Positions 26,601 to 41,600 of a stretch of DNA of 64,000 nt are shown here, in pieces. The notes beneath the pieces are model-generated. The model had not been told where the DNA came from, made no database searches, and saw only the letters and a program-made list of their open reading frames with translations. Every line of letters starts with the position of its first letter. The stretch's first letter is position 1. The translations under genes were made by a program, and so were the position numbers. The stretch comes from Eledone cirrhosa (lineage: Eukaryota), in NCBI GenBank assembly GCA_964016885.1, contig OZ024747.1, positions 81,530,001-81,594,000 on the forward strand, given 5' to 3'.

Positions 26601-29600
26601 CAGAATGAGGAGGAAGATGGTGAACAGAATGAGGAGAAAGATGGTGAACAGAATGAAGAGGAGGATGGTGAACAGAATGAGGAAGAGGATGGTGAACAGA
26701 ATGAGGAGGAAGATGGTGAATAGAATGAGGGGGAAGATGGTGAACAGAATGAGGAGGAAGATGGTGAACAGAATGAGGAGGATGGTGGTGAACAGAATGA
26801 GGAGGAAGATGGTGAACAGAATGAGGAGGAAGATGGTGAACAGAATGAGGAGGATCATGGTGAACAGAATGAGGAGGAAGATGGTGAACAGAATGAGGAG
26901 GAAGATGGTGAACAGAATGAGGAGGAAGATGGTGAACAGAATGAGGAGGATGATGGTGAACAGAATGAGGAGGAAGATGGTGAACAGAATGAGGAGGGAA
27001 GATGAACAAGATGAGGATGATGGTGAACAGAACGAGGAGGAAGATGGTGAACAGAATGAGGAAGAGGATGGTGAACAGAATGAGGAGGAGGATGGTGAAC
27101 AGAATGAGGAGGAGGATGGTGAACAGAATGAGGAAGAGGATGGTGAACAGAATGAGGAGGAGGATGGTGAACAGAATGAGGAGGAGGATGGTGAACAGAA
27201 TGAGGAGAAGGATGGTGAACAGAATGAGGAGGAGGATGGTGAACAGAATGAGGAGGAAGATGAACAAGATGAGGATGATGGTGAACAGAACGAGGAGGAA
27301 GATGGTGAACAGAATGAGGAGGAGGATGGTGAACAGAACGAGGAGGAAGATGGTGAACAGAATGAGGAGGAGGATGGTGAACAGAATGAGGAGGAGGATG
27401 GTGAACAGAATGAGGAGGAGGATGGTGAACAGAATGAGGAGGAGGATGGTGAACAGAATGAGGAGAAGGATGGTGAACAGAATGAGGAGGAGGATGGTGA
27501 ACAGAATGAGGAAGAGGATGGTGAACAGAATGAGGAGGAGGATGGTGAACAGAATGAGGAGGAGGATGGTGAACAGAATGAGGAGAAGGATGGTGAACAG
27601 AATGAGGAGGAGGATGGTGAACAGAATGAGGAGGAAGATGGTGAACAGAATGAGGAGGAAGATGGTGAACAGAATGAGGAGGAGGATGGTGAACAGAATG
27701 AGGAGGAAGATGGTGAACAGAATGAGGAGAAAGATGGTGAACAGAATGAGGAGGAGGATGGTGAACAGAATGAGGAGGAGGATGGTGAACAGAATGAGGA
27801 GAAAGATGGTGAACAGAATGAGGAGGAGGATGGTGAACAGAATGAGGAGGAAGATGGTGAACAGAATGAGGAGGAGGATGGTGAACAGAATGAGGAGGAG
27901 GATGGTGAACAGAATGAGGAGAAGGATGGTGAACAGAATGAGGAGGAGGATGGTGAACAGAATGAGGAGGAAGATGGTGAACAGAATGAGGAGAAAGATG
28001 GTGAACAGAATGAGGAGGAAGATGGTGAACAGAATGAGGAGAAAGATGGTGAACAGAATGAGGAGGAGGATGGTGAACAGAATGAGGAGAAAGATGGTGA
28101 ACAGAATGAGGAGGAGGATGGTGAACAGAATGAGGAGGAAGATGGTGAACAGAATGAGGAGGAGGATGGTGAACAGAATGAGGAGAAAGATGGTGAACAG
28201 AATGAGGAGGAGGATGGTGAACAGAATGAGGAGGAAGGAATGAGGAGGAGGATGGTGAACAGAATGAGGAGGAGGATGGTGAACAGAATGAGGAGAAGGA
28301 TGGTGAACAGAATGAGGAGGAGGATGGTGAACAGAATGAGGAGGAAGATGGTGAACAGAATGAGGAGAAAGATGGTGAACAGAATGAGGAGGAAGATGGT
28401 GAACAGAATGAGGAGGAAGATGGTGAACAGAATGAGGAGGAAGATGGTGAACAGAATGAGGAGGAAGATGGTGAACAGATGAGGAGGAAGATGGTGAACA
28501 GAATGAGGAGGAGGATGGTGAACAGAATGAGGAGAAGGATGGTGAACAGAATGAGGAGGAGGATGGTGAACAGAATGAGGAGGAAGATGGTGAACAGAAT
28601 GAGGAGGAAGATGGTGAACAGAATGAGGAGGAAGATGGTGAACAGAATGAGGAGGAGGATGGTGAACAGAATGAGGAGAAGGATGGTGAACAGAATGAGG
28701 AGGAGGATGGTGAACAGAATGAGGAGAAAGATGGTGAACAGAATGAGGAGGAAGATGGTGAACAGAATGAGGAGGAAGATGGTGAACAGAATGAGGAGGA
28801 AGATGGTGAACAGAATGAGGAGGAAGATGGTGAACAGAATGAGGAGGAAGATGGTGAACAGAATGAGGAGGAAGATGGTGAACAGAATGAGGAGGAAGAT
28901 GGTGAACAGAATGAGGAGGAAGATGGTGAACAGAATGAGGAGGAAGATGGTGAACAGAATGAGGAGGAGGATGGTGAACAGAATGAGGAGAAGGATGGTG
29001 AACAGAATGAGGAGGAGGATGGTGAACAGAATGAGGAGGAAGATGGTGAACAGAATGAGGAGAAAGATGGTGAACAGAATGAGGAGGAAGATGGTGAACA
29101 GAATGAGGAGGAAGATGGTGAACAGAATGAGGAGGAAGATGGTGAACAGAATGAGGAGGAAGATGGTGAACAGAATGAGGAGGAAGATGGTGAACAGAAT
29201 GAGGAGGAAGATGGTGAACAGAATGAGGAGGAGGATGGTGAACAGAATGAGGAGAAGGATGGTGAACAGAATGAGGAGGAGGATGGTGAACAGAATGAGG
29301 AGGAAGATGGTGAACAGAATGAGGAGGAGGATGGTGAACAGAATGAGGAGGAAGATGGTGAACAGAATGAGGAGGAAGATGGTGAACAGAATGAGGAGAA
29401 GGATGGTGAACAGAATGAGGAGAAGGATGGTGAACAGAATGAGGAGGAGGATGGTGAACAGAATGAGGAGGAGGATGGTGAACAGAATGAGGAGGAAGAT
29501 GGTGAACAGAATGAGGAGGAAGATGGTGAACAGAATGAGGAGGAAGATGGTGAACAGAATGAGGAGGAGGATGGTGAACAGAATGAGGAGGAAGATGGTG

Positions 29601-32600
29601 AACAGAATGAGGAGGAGGATGGTGAACAGAATGAGGAGGAGGATGGTGAACAGAATGAGGAGGAGGATGGTGAACAGAATGAGGAGGATGATGGTGAACA
29701 GAATGAGGAGGAGGATGGTGAACAGAATGAGGAGGAAGATGGTGAACAGAATGAGGAGGAAGATGGTGAACAGAATGAGGAGGAAGATGGTGAACAGAAT
29801 GAGGAGGAAGATGGTGAACAGAATGAGGAGGAAGATGGTGAACAGAATGAGGAGGAAGATGGTGAACAGAATGAGGAGGAAGATGGTGAACAGAATGAGG
29901 AGGAAGATGGTGAACAGAATGAGGAGGAAGATGGTGAACAGAATGAGGAGGAAGATGGTGAACAGAATGAGGAGGAAGATGGTGAACAGAATGAGGAGGA
30001 AGATGGTGAACAGAATGAGGAGGAAGATGGTGAACAGAATGAGGAGGAAGATGGTGAACAGAATGAGGAGGGAAGATGGTGAACAGAATGAGGAGGAAGA
30101 TGGTGAACAGAATGAGGAGGAAGATGGTGAACAGAATGAGGAGGAAGATGGTGAACAGAATGAGGAGGAAGATGGTGAACAGAATGAGGAGGAAGATGGT
30201 GAACAGAATGAGGAGGAAGATGGTGAACAGAATGAGGAGGAAGATGGTGAACAGAATGAGGAGGAAGATGGTGAACAGAATGAGGAGGAAGATGGTGAAC
30301 AGAATGAGGAGGAAGATGGTGAACAGAATGAGGAGGAAGATGGAGAATGGTGAACAGAATGAGGAGGAAGATGGTGAACAGAATGAGGAGGAAGATGGTG
30401 AACAGAATGAGGAGGAAGATGGTGAACAGAATGAGGAGGGAAGATGGTGAACAGAATGAGGAGGAAGATGGTGAACAGAATGAGGAGGAAGATGGTGAAC
30501 AGAATGAGGAGGAAGATGGTGAACAGAATGAGGAGGAAGATGGTGAACAGAATGAGGAGGAAGATGGTGAACAGAATGAGGAGGAAGATGGTGAACAGAA
30601 TGAGGAGGAAGATGGTGAACAGAATGAGGAGGAAGATGGTGAACAGAATGAGGAGGAAGATGGTGAACAGAATGAGGAGGGAAGATGGTGAACAGAATGA
30701 GGAGGAAGATGGTGAACAGAATGAGGAGGAAGATGGTGAACAGAATGAGGAGGAAGATGGTGAACAGAATGAGGAGGAAGATGGTGAACAGAATGAGGAG
30801 GAAGATGGTGAACAGAATGAGGAGGAAGATGGTGAACAGAATGAGGAGGAAGATGGTGAACAGAATGAGGAGGAAGATGGTGAACAGAATGAGGAGGAAG
30901 ATGGTGAACAGAATGAGGAGGAAGATGGTGAACAGAATGAGGAGGGAAGATGGTGAACAGAATGAGGAGGAAGATGGTGAACAGAATGAGGAGGAAGATG
31001 GTGAACAGAATGAGGAGGAAGATGGTGAACAGAATGAGGAGGAAGATGGTGAACAGAATGAGGAGGAAGATGGTGAACAGAATGAGGAGGAAGATGGTGA
31101 ACAGAATGAGGAGGAGGATGGTGAACAGAATGAGGAGGAAGATGGTGAACAGAATGAGGAGGAAGATGGTGAACAGAATGAGGAGGAAGATGGTGAACAG
31201 AATGAGGAGGAAGATGGTGAACAGAATGAGGAGGAAGATGGTGAACAGAATGAGGAGGAAGATGGTGAACAGAATGAGGAGGAGGATGGTGAACAATGAG
31301 GAGGAAGATGGTGAACAGAATGAGGAGGAAGATGGTGAACAGAATGAGGAGGAAGATGGTGAACAGAATGAGGAGGAAGATGGTGAACAGAATGAGGAGG
31401 AAGATGGTGAACAGAATGAGGAGGAAGATGGTGAACAGAATGAGGAGGAAGATGGTGAACAGAATGAGGAGGAAGATGGTGAACAGAATGAGGAGGAGGA
31501 TGGTGAACAGAATGAGGAGGAAGATGGTGAACAGAATGAGGAGGAAGATGGTGAACAGAATGAGGAGGAAGATGGTGAACAGAATGAGGAGGAAGATGGT
31601 GAACAGAATGAGGAGGAAGATGGTGAACAGAATGAGGAGGAAGATGGTGAACAGAATGAGGAGGAAGATGGTGAACAGAATGAGGAGGAAGATGGTGAAC
31701 AGAATGAGGAGGAAGATGGTGAACAGAATGAGGAGGAAGATGGTGAACAGAATGAGGAGGAAGATGGTGAACAGAATGAGGAGGAGGATGGTGAACAGAA
31801 TGAGGAGGAAGATGGTGAACAGAATGAGGAGGAAGATGGTGAACAGAATGAGGAGGAAGATGGTGAACAGAATGAGGAGGAAGATGGTGAACAGAATGAG
31901 GAGGAGGATGGTGAACAGAATGAGGAGGAAGATGGTGAACAGAATGAGGAGGAGGATGGTGAACAGAATGAGGAGGAGAGATGGTGAACAGAATGAGGAG
32001 GAAGATGGTGAACAGAATGAGGAGGAGGATGGTGAACAGAATGAGGAGGAAGATGGTGAACAGAATGAGGAGGAGGATGGTGAACAGAATGAGGAGGAAG
32101 ATGGTGAACAGAATGAGGAGGAAGATGGTGAACAGAATGAGGAGGAAGATGGTGAACAGAATGAGGAGGAAGATGGTGAACAGAATGAGGAGGAAGATGG
32201 TGAACAGAATGAGGAGGAAGATGGTGAACAGAATGAGGAGGAAGATGGTGAACAGAATGAGGAGGAAGATGGTGAACAGAATGAGGAGAAGATGGTGAAC
32301 AGAATGAGGAGGAAGATGGTGAACAGAATGAGGAGGAAGATGGTGAACAGAATGAGGAGAAGGATGGTGAACAGAATGAGGAGGAGGATGGTGAACAGAA
32401 TGAGGAGGAAGATGGTGAACAGAATGAGGAGGAAGATGGTGAACAGAATGAGGAGGAAGATGGTGAACAGAATGAGGAGGAAGATGGTGAACAGAATGAG
32501 GAGGAAGATGGTGAACAGAATGAGGAGGAAGATGGTGAACAGAATGAGGAGGAAGATGGTGAACAGAATGAGGAGGAAGATGGTGAACAGAATGAGGAGG

Positions 32601-35600
32601 AAGATGGTGAACAGAATGAGGAGGAAGATGGTGAACAGAATGAGGAGGAAGATGGTGAACAGAATGAGGAGGAAGATGGTGAACAGAATGAGGAGGAGGA
32701 TGGTGAACAGAATGAGGAGGAAGATGGTGAACAGAATGAGGAGGAAGATGGTGAACAGAATGAGGAGGAAGATGGTGAACAGAATGAGGAGGAAGATGGT
32801 GAACAGAATGAGGAGGAAGATGGTGAACAGAATGAGGAGGAGGATGGTGAACAGAATGAGGAGGAGGATGGTGAACAGAATGAGGAGGAGGATGGTGAAC
32901 AGAATGAGGAGGAAGATGGTGAACAGAATGAGGAGGAAGATGGTGAACAGAATGAGGAGGAAGATGGTGAACAGAATGAGGAGGAAGATGGTGAACAGAA
33001 TGAGGAGGAAGATGGTGAACAGAATGAGGAGGAAGATGGTGAACAGAATGAGGAGGAAGATGGTGAACAGAATGAGGAGGAAGATGGTGAACAGAATGAG
33101 GAGGAGGATGGTGAACAGAATGAGGAGAAGGATGGTGAACAGAATGAGGAGGAAGGATGGTGAACAGAATGAGGAGGAAGATGGTGAACAGAATGAGGAG
33201 GAAGGATGGTGAACAGAATGAGGAGGAGGATGGTGAACAGAATGAGGAGGAAGATGGTGAACAGAATGAGGAGGAGGATGGTGAACAGAATGAGGAGGAA
33301 GATGGTGAACAGAATGAGGAGGAAGATGGTGAACAGAATGAGGAGGAAGATGGTGAACAGAATGAGGAGGAAGATGGTGAACAGAATGAGGAGGAAGATG
33401 GTGAACAGAATGAGGAGGAAGATGGTGAACAGAATGAGGAGGAAGATGGTGAACAGAATGAGGAGGAAGATGGTGAACAGAATGAGGAGGAAGATGGTGA
33501 ACAGAATGAGGAGGAAGATGGTGAACAGAATGAGGAGGAAGATGGTGAACAGAATGAGGAGGAAGATGGTGAACAGAATGAGGAGGAAGATGGTGAACAG
33601 AATGAGGAGGAAGATGGTGAACAGAATGAGGAGGAAGATGGTGAACAGAATGAGGAGGAGGATGGTGAACAGAATGAGGAGGAAGATGGTGAACAGAATG
33701 AGGAGGAAGATGGTGAACAGAATGAGGAGGAGGATGGTGAACAGAATGAGGAGGAGGATGGTGAACAGAATGAGGAGGAGGATGGTGAACAGAATGAGGA
33801 GGAAGATGGTGAACAGAATGAGGAGGAAGATGGTGAACAGAATGAGGAGGAAGATGGTGAACAGAATGAGGAGGAAGATGGTGAACAGAATGAGGAGGAA
33901 GATGGTGAACAGAATGAGGAGGAAGATGGTGAACAGAATGAGGAGGAAGATGGTGAACAGAATGAGGAGGAGGATGGTGAACAGAATGAGGAGGAAGATG
34001 GTGAACAGAATGAGGAGGAAGATGGTGAACAGAATGAGGAGGAGGATGGTGAACAGAATGAGGAGGAAGATGGTGAACAGAATGAGGAGGAAGATGGTGA
34101 ACAGAATGAGGAGGAAGATGGTGAACAGAATGAGGAGGAGGATGGTAAATAGAATGAGGAGGAGGATGGTGAACAGAATGAGGAGGAAGATGGTGAACAG
34201 AATGAGGAGGAAGATGGTGAACAGAATGAGGAGGAGGATGGTAAATAGAATGAGGAGGAGGATGGTGAACAGAATGAGGAGGAAGATGGTGAACAGAATG
34301 AGGAGGAGGATGGTGAACAGAATGAGGAGGAAGATGGTGAACAGAATGAGGAGGAGGATGGTGAACAGAATGAGGAGGAAGATGGTGAACAGAATGAGGA
34401 GGAGGATGGTGAACAGAATGAGGAGGAAGATGGTGAACAGAATGAGGAGGAGGATGGTGAACAGAATGAGGAGGAAGATGGTGAACAAAATGAGGAGGAT
34501 GATGGTGAACAGAATGAGGAGGAAGATGGTGAACAGAATGAGGAGGATGATGGTGAACAGAATGAGGAGAAAGATGGTGAACAGAATGAGGAGGAGGATG
34601 GTGAACAGAATGAGGAGGAAGATGGTGAACAGAATGAGGAAGAGGATGGTGAACAGAATGAGGAGGAAGATGGTGAACAGAATGAGGAGGAAGATGGTGA
34701 ACAGAATGAGGAGGAGGATGGTGAACAGAATGAGGAGGAAGATGGTGAACAGAATGAGGAAGAGGATGGTGAACAGAATGAGGAGGAAGATGGTGAACAG
34801 AATGAGGAGGAAGATGGTGAACAGAATGAGGAGGAGGATGGTGAACAGAATGAGGAGGAAGATGGTGAACAGAATGAGGAAGAGGATGGTGAACAGAATG
34901 AGGAGGAAGATGGTGAACAGAATGAGGAGGAAGATGGTGAACAGAATGAGGAGGAGGATGGTGAACAGAATGAGGAGGAAGATGGTGAACAGAATGAGGA
35001 AGAGGATGGTGAACAGAATGAGGAGGAAGATGGTGAACAGAATGAGGAGGAAGATGGTGAACAGAATGAGGAGGAGGATGGTGAACAGAATGAGGAGGAA
35101 GATGGTGAACAGAATGAGGAAGAGGATGGTGAACAGAATGAGGAGGAAGATGGTGAACAGAATGAGGAGGAAGATGGTGAACAGAATGAGGAGGAGGATG
35201 GTGAACAGAATGAGGAGGAAGATGGTGAACAGAATGAGGAAGAGGATGGTGAACAGAATGAGGAGGAAGATGGTGAACAGAATGAGGAGGAAGATGGTGA
35301 ACAGAATGAGGAGGAAGATGGTGAACAGAATGAGGAGGAGGATGGTGAACAGAATGAGGAGGATGATGGTGAACAGAATGAGGTGGAGGATGGTGAACAG
35401 AATGAGGAGGAAGATGAACAAGATGAGGATGATGGTGAACAGAATGAGGAGGAAGATGGTGAACAGAATGAGGAGGAAGATGAACAAGATGAGGATGATG
35501 GTGAACAGAATGAGGAGGAAGATGGTGAACAGAATGAGGTGGAGGATGGTGAACAGAATGAGGAGGAAGATGAACAAGATGAGGAAGATGGTGAACAGAA

Positions 35601-38600
35601 TGAGGTGGAGGATGGTGAACAGAATGAGGAGGAAGATGGTGAACAGAATGAGGAGGAAGATGGTGAACAGAATGAGGAGGAGGATGGTGAACAGAATGAG
35701 GAGGATGATGGTGAACAGAATGAGGTGGAGGATGGTGAACAGAATGAGGAGGAAGATGAACAAGATGAGGATGATGGTGAACAGAATGAGGAGGAAGATG
35801 GTGAACAGAATGAGGAGGAAGATGAACAAGATGAGGATGATGGTGAACAGAATGAGGAGGAAGATGGTGAACAGAATGAGGTGGAGGATGGTGAACAGAA
35901 TGAGGAGGAAGATGGTGAACAGAATGAGGAGGATGATGGTGAACAGAATGAGGAGGATGATGGTGAACAGAATGAGGAGGAAGATGGTGAACAGAATGAG
36001 GAGGATGATGGTGAACAGAATGAGGAGGAAGATGAACAAGATGAGGATGATGGTGAACAGAATGAGGAGGAAGATGGTGAACAGAATGAGGTGGAGGATG
36101 GTGAACAGAATGAGGAGGAAGATGAACAAGATGAGGAAGATGGTGAACAGAATGAGGTGGAGGATGGTGAACAGAATGAGGAGGAAGATGAACAAGATGA
36201 GGAAGATGGTGAACAGAATGAGGTGGAGGATGGTGAACAGAATGAGGAGGAAGATGGTGAACAGAATGAGGAGGAAGATGGTGAACAGAATGAGGAGGAG
36301 GATGGTGAACAGAATGAGGAGGATGATGGTGAACAGAATGAGGTGGAGGATGGTGAACAGAATGAGGAGGAAGATGAACAAGATGAGGATGATGGTGAAC
36401 AGAATGAGGAGGAAGATGGTGAACAGAATGAGGAGGAAGATGAACAAGATGAGGATGATGGTGAACAGAATGAGGAGGAAGATGGTGAACAGAATGAGGT
36501 GGAGGATGGTGAACAGAATGAGGAGGAAGATGGTGAACAGAATGAGGAGGATGATGGTGAACAGAATGAGGAGGATGATGGTGAACAGAATGAGGAGGAA
36601 GATGGTGAACAGAATGAGGAGGATGATGGTGAACAGAATGAGGAGAAAGATGGTGAACAGAATGAGGAGGAGGATGGTGAACAGAATGAGGAGAAAGATG
36701 GTGAACAGAATGAGGAGGAGGATGGTGAACAGAATGAGGAGGAAGATGGTGAACAGAATGAGGAGGAAGATGGTGAACAGAATGAGGAGGAAGATGGTGA
36801 ACAGAATGAGGAGGAAGATGGTGAACAGAATGAGGAGGAGGATGGTGAACAGAATGAGGTGGAGGATGGTGAACAGAATGAGGAGGAAGATGGTGAACAG
36901 AATGAGGAGGATGATGGTGAACAGAATGAGGAGGATGATGGTGAACAGAATGAGGAGGAAGATGGTGAACAGAATGAGGAGGAAGATGGTGAACAGAATG
37001 AGGAGGAAGATGGTGAACAGAATGAGGAGAAAGATGGTGAACAGAATGAGGAGGAGGATGGTGAACAGAATGAGGAGGAAGATGGTGAACAGAATGAGGA
37101 GGAAGATGGTGAACAGAATGAGGAGGAAGATGGTGAACAGAATGAGGAGGATGATGGTGAACAGAATGAGGAGGAAGATGGTGAACAGAATGAGGAGGAT
37201 GATGGTGAACAGAATGAGGAGAAAGATGGCGAACAGAATGAGGAGAAAGATGGTGAACAGAATGAGGAGGAGGATGGTGAACAGAATGAGGAGGATGATG
37301 GTGAACAGAATGAGGAGAAAGATGGTGAACAGAATGAGGAGGAGGATGGTGAACAGAATGAGGAGGATGATGGTGAACAGAATGAGGAGAAAGATGGTGA
37401 ACAGAATGAGGAGGAGGATGGTGAACAGAATGAGGAGGAAGATGGTGAACAGAATGAGGAGGAAGATGGTGAACAGAATGAGGAGGAAGATGGTGAACAG
37501 AATGAGGAGGATGATGGTGAACAGAATGAGGAGGAGGATGGTGAACAGAATGAGGAGGATGATGGTGAACAGAATGAGGAGGAAGATGGTGAACAGAATG
37601 AGGAGGAAGATGGTGAACAGAATGAGGAGGAAGATGGTGAACAGAATGAGGAGGAAGATGGTGAACAGAATGAGGAGGAAGATGGTGAACAGAATGAGGA
37701 GGATGATGGTGAACAGAATGAGGAGGAAGATGGTGAACAGAATGAGGAGGAAGATGGTGAACAGAATGAGGAGGAAGATGGTGAACAGAATGAGGAGAAA
37801 GATGGTGAACAGAATGAGGAGGAGGATGGTGAACAGAATGAGGAGGAAGATGGTGAACAGAATGAGGAGGAAGATGGTGAACAGAATGAGGAGGATGATG
37901 GTGAACAGAATGAGGAGGAAGATGAACAAGATGACGATGATGGTGAACAGAATGAGGAGGAAGATGGTGAACAGAATGAGGAGGAAGATGGTGAACAGAA
38001 TGAGAAGGAAGATGGTGAACAGAATGAGGAGGAAGATGAACAAGATGACGATGATGGTGAACAGAATGAGGAGGAAGATGGTGAACAGAATGAGGAGGAA
38101 GATGGTGAACAGAATGAGAAGGAAGATGGTGAACAGAATGAGGAGGAAGATGAACAAGATGACGATGATGGTGAACAGAATGAGGAGGAAGATGGTGAAC
38201 AGAATGAGGAGGAAGATGGTGAACAGAATGAGAAGGAAGATGGTGAACAGAATGAGGAGGAAGATGAACAAGATGACGATGATGGTGAACAGAATGAGGA
38301 GGAAGATGGTGAACAGAATGAGGAGGAAGATGGTGAACAGAATGAGAAGGAAGATGGTGAACAGAATGAGGAGGAAGATGAACAAGATGACGATGATGGT
38401 GAACAGAATGAGGAGGAAGATGGTGAACAGAATGAGGAGGAAGATGAACAAGATGACGATGATGGTGAACAGAATGAGGAGGAAGATGGTGAACAGAATG
38501 AGGAGGAAGATGGTGAACAGAATGAGAAGGAAGATGGTGAACAGAATGAGGAGGAAGATGAACAAGATGACGATGATGGTGAACAGAATGAGGAGGAAGA

Positions 38601-41600
38601 TGGTGAACAGAATGAGAAGGAAGATGGTGTACAGAATGAGGAGGAAGATGGTGAACAGAATGAGGAGGATGATGGTGAACAGAATGAGGAGGAGGATGGT
38701 GAACAGAATGAGGAGGAGGATGAACAAGATGACGATGATGGTGAACAGAATGAGGAGGAAGGTGGTGAACAGAATGAGGAGGAAGATGGTGAACAGAATG
38801 AGGAGGAAGATGGTGAACAGAATGAGGAGGAAGGTGGTGAACAGAATGAGGAGGAAGATGGTGAACAGAATGAGGAGGAGGATGGTGAACAGAATGAGGA
38901 GGAAGGTGGTGAACAGAATGAGGAGGAAGATGGTGAACAGAATGAGGAGGAGGATGGTGAACAGAATGAGGAGGAAGATGAACAAGATGAGGATGATGGT
39001 GAACAGAATGAGGAGGAAGATGGTGAACATAATGAGGAGGAAGATGAACAAGATGAGGATGATGGTGAACAGAATGAGGAGGATGATGGTGAACAGAATG
39101 AGGAGGAAGATGGTGAACAGAATGAGGAGGAAGGTGGTGAACAGAATGAGGAGGAAGATGAGGATGATGGTGAACAGAATGAGGAGAAAGATGGTGAACA
39201 GAATGAGGAGGAGGATGGTGAACAGAATGAGGAGGATGATGGTGAACAGAATGAGGAGGAGGATGGTGAACAGAATGAGGAGGATGATGGTGAACAGAAT
39301 GAGGAGGAGGATGGTGAACAGAATGATGAGGAAGATGGTGAACAGAATGAGGAGAAAGATGGTGAACAGAATGAGGAGGAGGATGGTGAACAGAATGAGG
39401 AGGATGATGGTGAACAGAATGAGGAGGAAGATGGTGAACAGAATGAGGAGGAGGATGGTGAACAGAATGAGGAGAAAGATCGTGAACAGAATGAGGAGGA
39501 AGATGGTGAACAGAATGAGGAAGAGGATGGTGAACAGAATGATGAGGAAGATGGTGAACAGAATGAGGAGGAAGATGGTGAACAGAATGAGGAGAAAGAT
39601 GGTGAACAGAATGAGGAGGATGGTGGTGAACAGAATGAGGAGGAGGATTGTGAACAGAATGAGGAGGAGGATGGTGAACAGAATGAGGAGGAAGATGGTG
39701 AACAGAATGAGGAGGATGGTGGTGAACAGAATGAGGAGGATGATGGTGAACAGAATGAGGAGGAAGATGGTGAACAGAATGAGGAGAAAGATGGTGAACA
39801 GAATGAGGAGAAAGATGGTGAACAGAATGAGGAGGATGGTGGTGAACAGAATGAGGAGGATGGTGGTGAACAGAATGAGGAGGAAGATGGTGAACAGAAT
39901 GAGGAGGAGGATGGTGAACATAATGAGGAGGAAGATGGTGAACCGAATGAGGAGGATGATGGTGAACAGAATGAGGAGGATGATGGTGAACAGAATTGAG
40001 GAGGATGGTGGTGAACAGAATGATGAGGAAGATGGTGAACAGAATGAGGAGAAAGATGGTGAACAGAATGAGGAGGATGGTGGTGAACAGAATGAGGAGG
40101 AAGATGGTGAACAGAATGAGGAGGAAGATGGTGAACAGAATGAGGAGGATGGTGGTGAACAGAATGAGGAGGAAGATGGTGAACCGAATGAGGAGGATGA
40201 TGGTGAACAGAATGAGGAGGATGATGGTGAACAGAATTGAGGAGGATGGTGGTGAACAGAATGAGGAGGATGATGGTGAACAGAATGAGGAGGATGGTGG
40301 TGAACAGAATGAGGAGGATGGTGGTGAACAGAATGAGGAGGATGATGGTGAACAGAATGAGGAGGAGGGTGGTGAACAGAATGAGGTGGAAGATGGTGAA
40401 CAGAATGAGGAGGAAGATGGTGAACAGAATGAGGAGGAAGATGGTGAACAGAATGAGGAGGATGGTGGTGAACAGAATGAGGAGGATGGTGGTGAACAGA
40501 ATGAGGAGGATGATGGTGAACAGAATGAGGAGGATGGTGGTGAACAGAATGAGGAGGATGGTGGTGAACAGAATGAGGAGGATGATGGTGAACAGAATGA
40601 GGAGGAGGGTGGTGAACAGAATGAGGTGGAAGATGGTGAACAGAATGAGGAGGAAGATGGTGAACAGAATGAGGAGAAAGATGGTGAACAGAATGAGGAG
40701 AAAGATGGTGAACAGAATGAGGAGGATGGTGGTGAACAGAATGAGGAGGATGGTGGTGAACAGAATGAGGAGGAAGATGGTGAACAGAATGAGGAGGAGG
40801 ATGGTGAACATAATGAGGAGGAAGATGGTGAACAGAATGAGGAGGAAGATGGTGAACAGAATGAGGAGGATGGTGGTGAACAGAATGAGGAGGAAGATGG
40901 TGAACCGAATGAGGAGGATGATGGTGAACAGAATGAGGAGGATGATGGTGAACAGAATGAGGAGGATGGTGGTGAACAGAATGAGGAGGATGGTGGTGAA
41001 CAGAATGAGGAGGATGATGGTGAACAGAATGAGGAGGAGGGTGGTGAACAGAATGAGGTGGAAGATGGTGAACAGAATGAGGAGGATGATGGTGAACAGA
41101 ATGAGGAGAAAGATGGTGAACAGAATGAGGAGGATGGTGGTGAACAGAATGAGGAGGATGGTGGTGAACAGAATGAGGAGGAAGATGGTGAACAGAATGA
41201 GGAGGAGGATGGTGAACATAATGAGGAGGAAGATGGTGAACAGAATGAGGAGGATGATGGTGAACAGAATGAGGAGGATGGTGGTGAACAGAATGAGGAG
41301 GATGGTGGTGAACAGAATGAGGAGGATGATGGTGAACAGAATGAGGAGGAGGGTGGTGAACAGAATGAGGTGGAAGATGGTGAACAGAATGAGGAGGAAG
41401 ATGGTGAACAGAATGAGGAGAAAGATGGTGAACAGAATGAGGAGAAAGATGGTGAACAGAATGAGGAGGATGGTGGTGAACAGAATGAGGAGGATGGTGG
41501 TGAACAGAATGAGGAGGAAGATGGTGAACAGAATGAGGAGGAGGATGGTGAACATAATGAGGAGGAAGATGGTGAACAGAATGAGGAGGAAGATGGTGAA

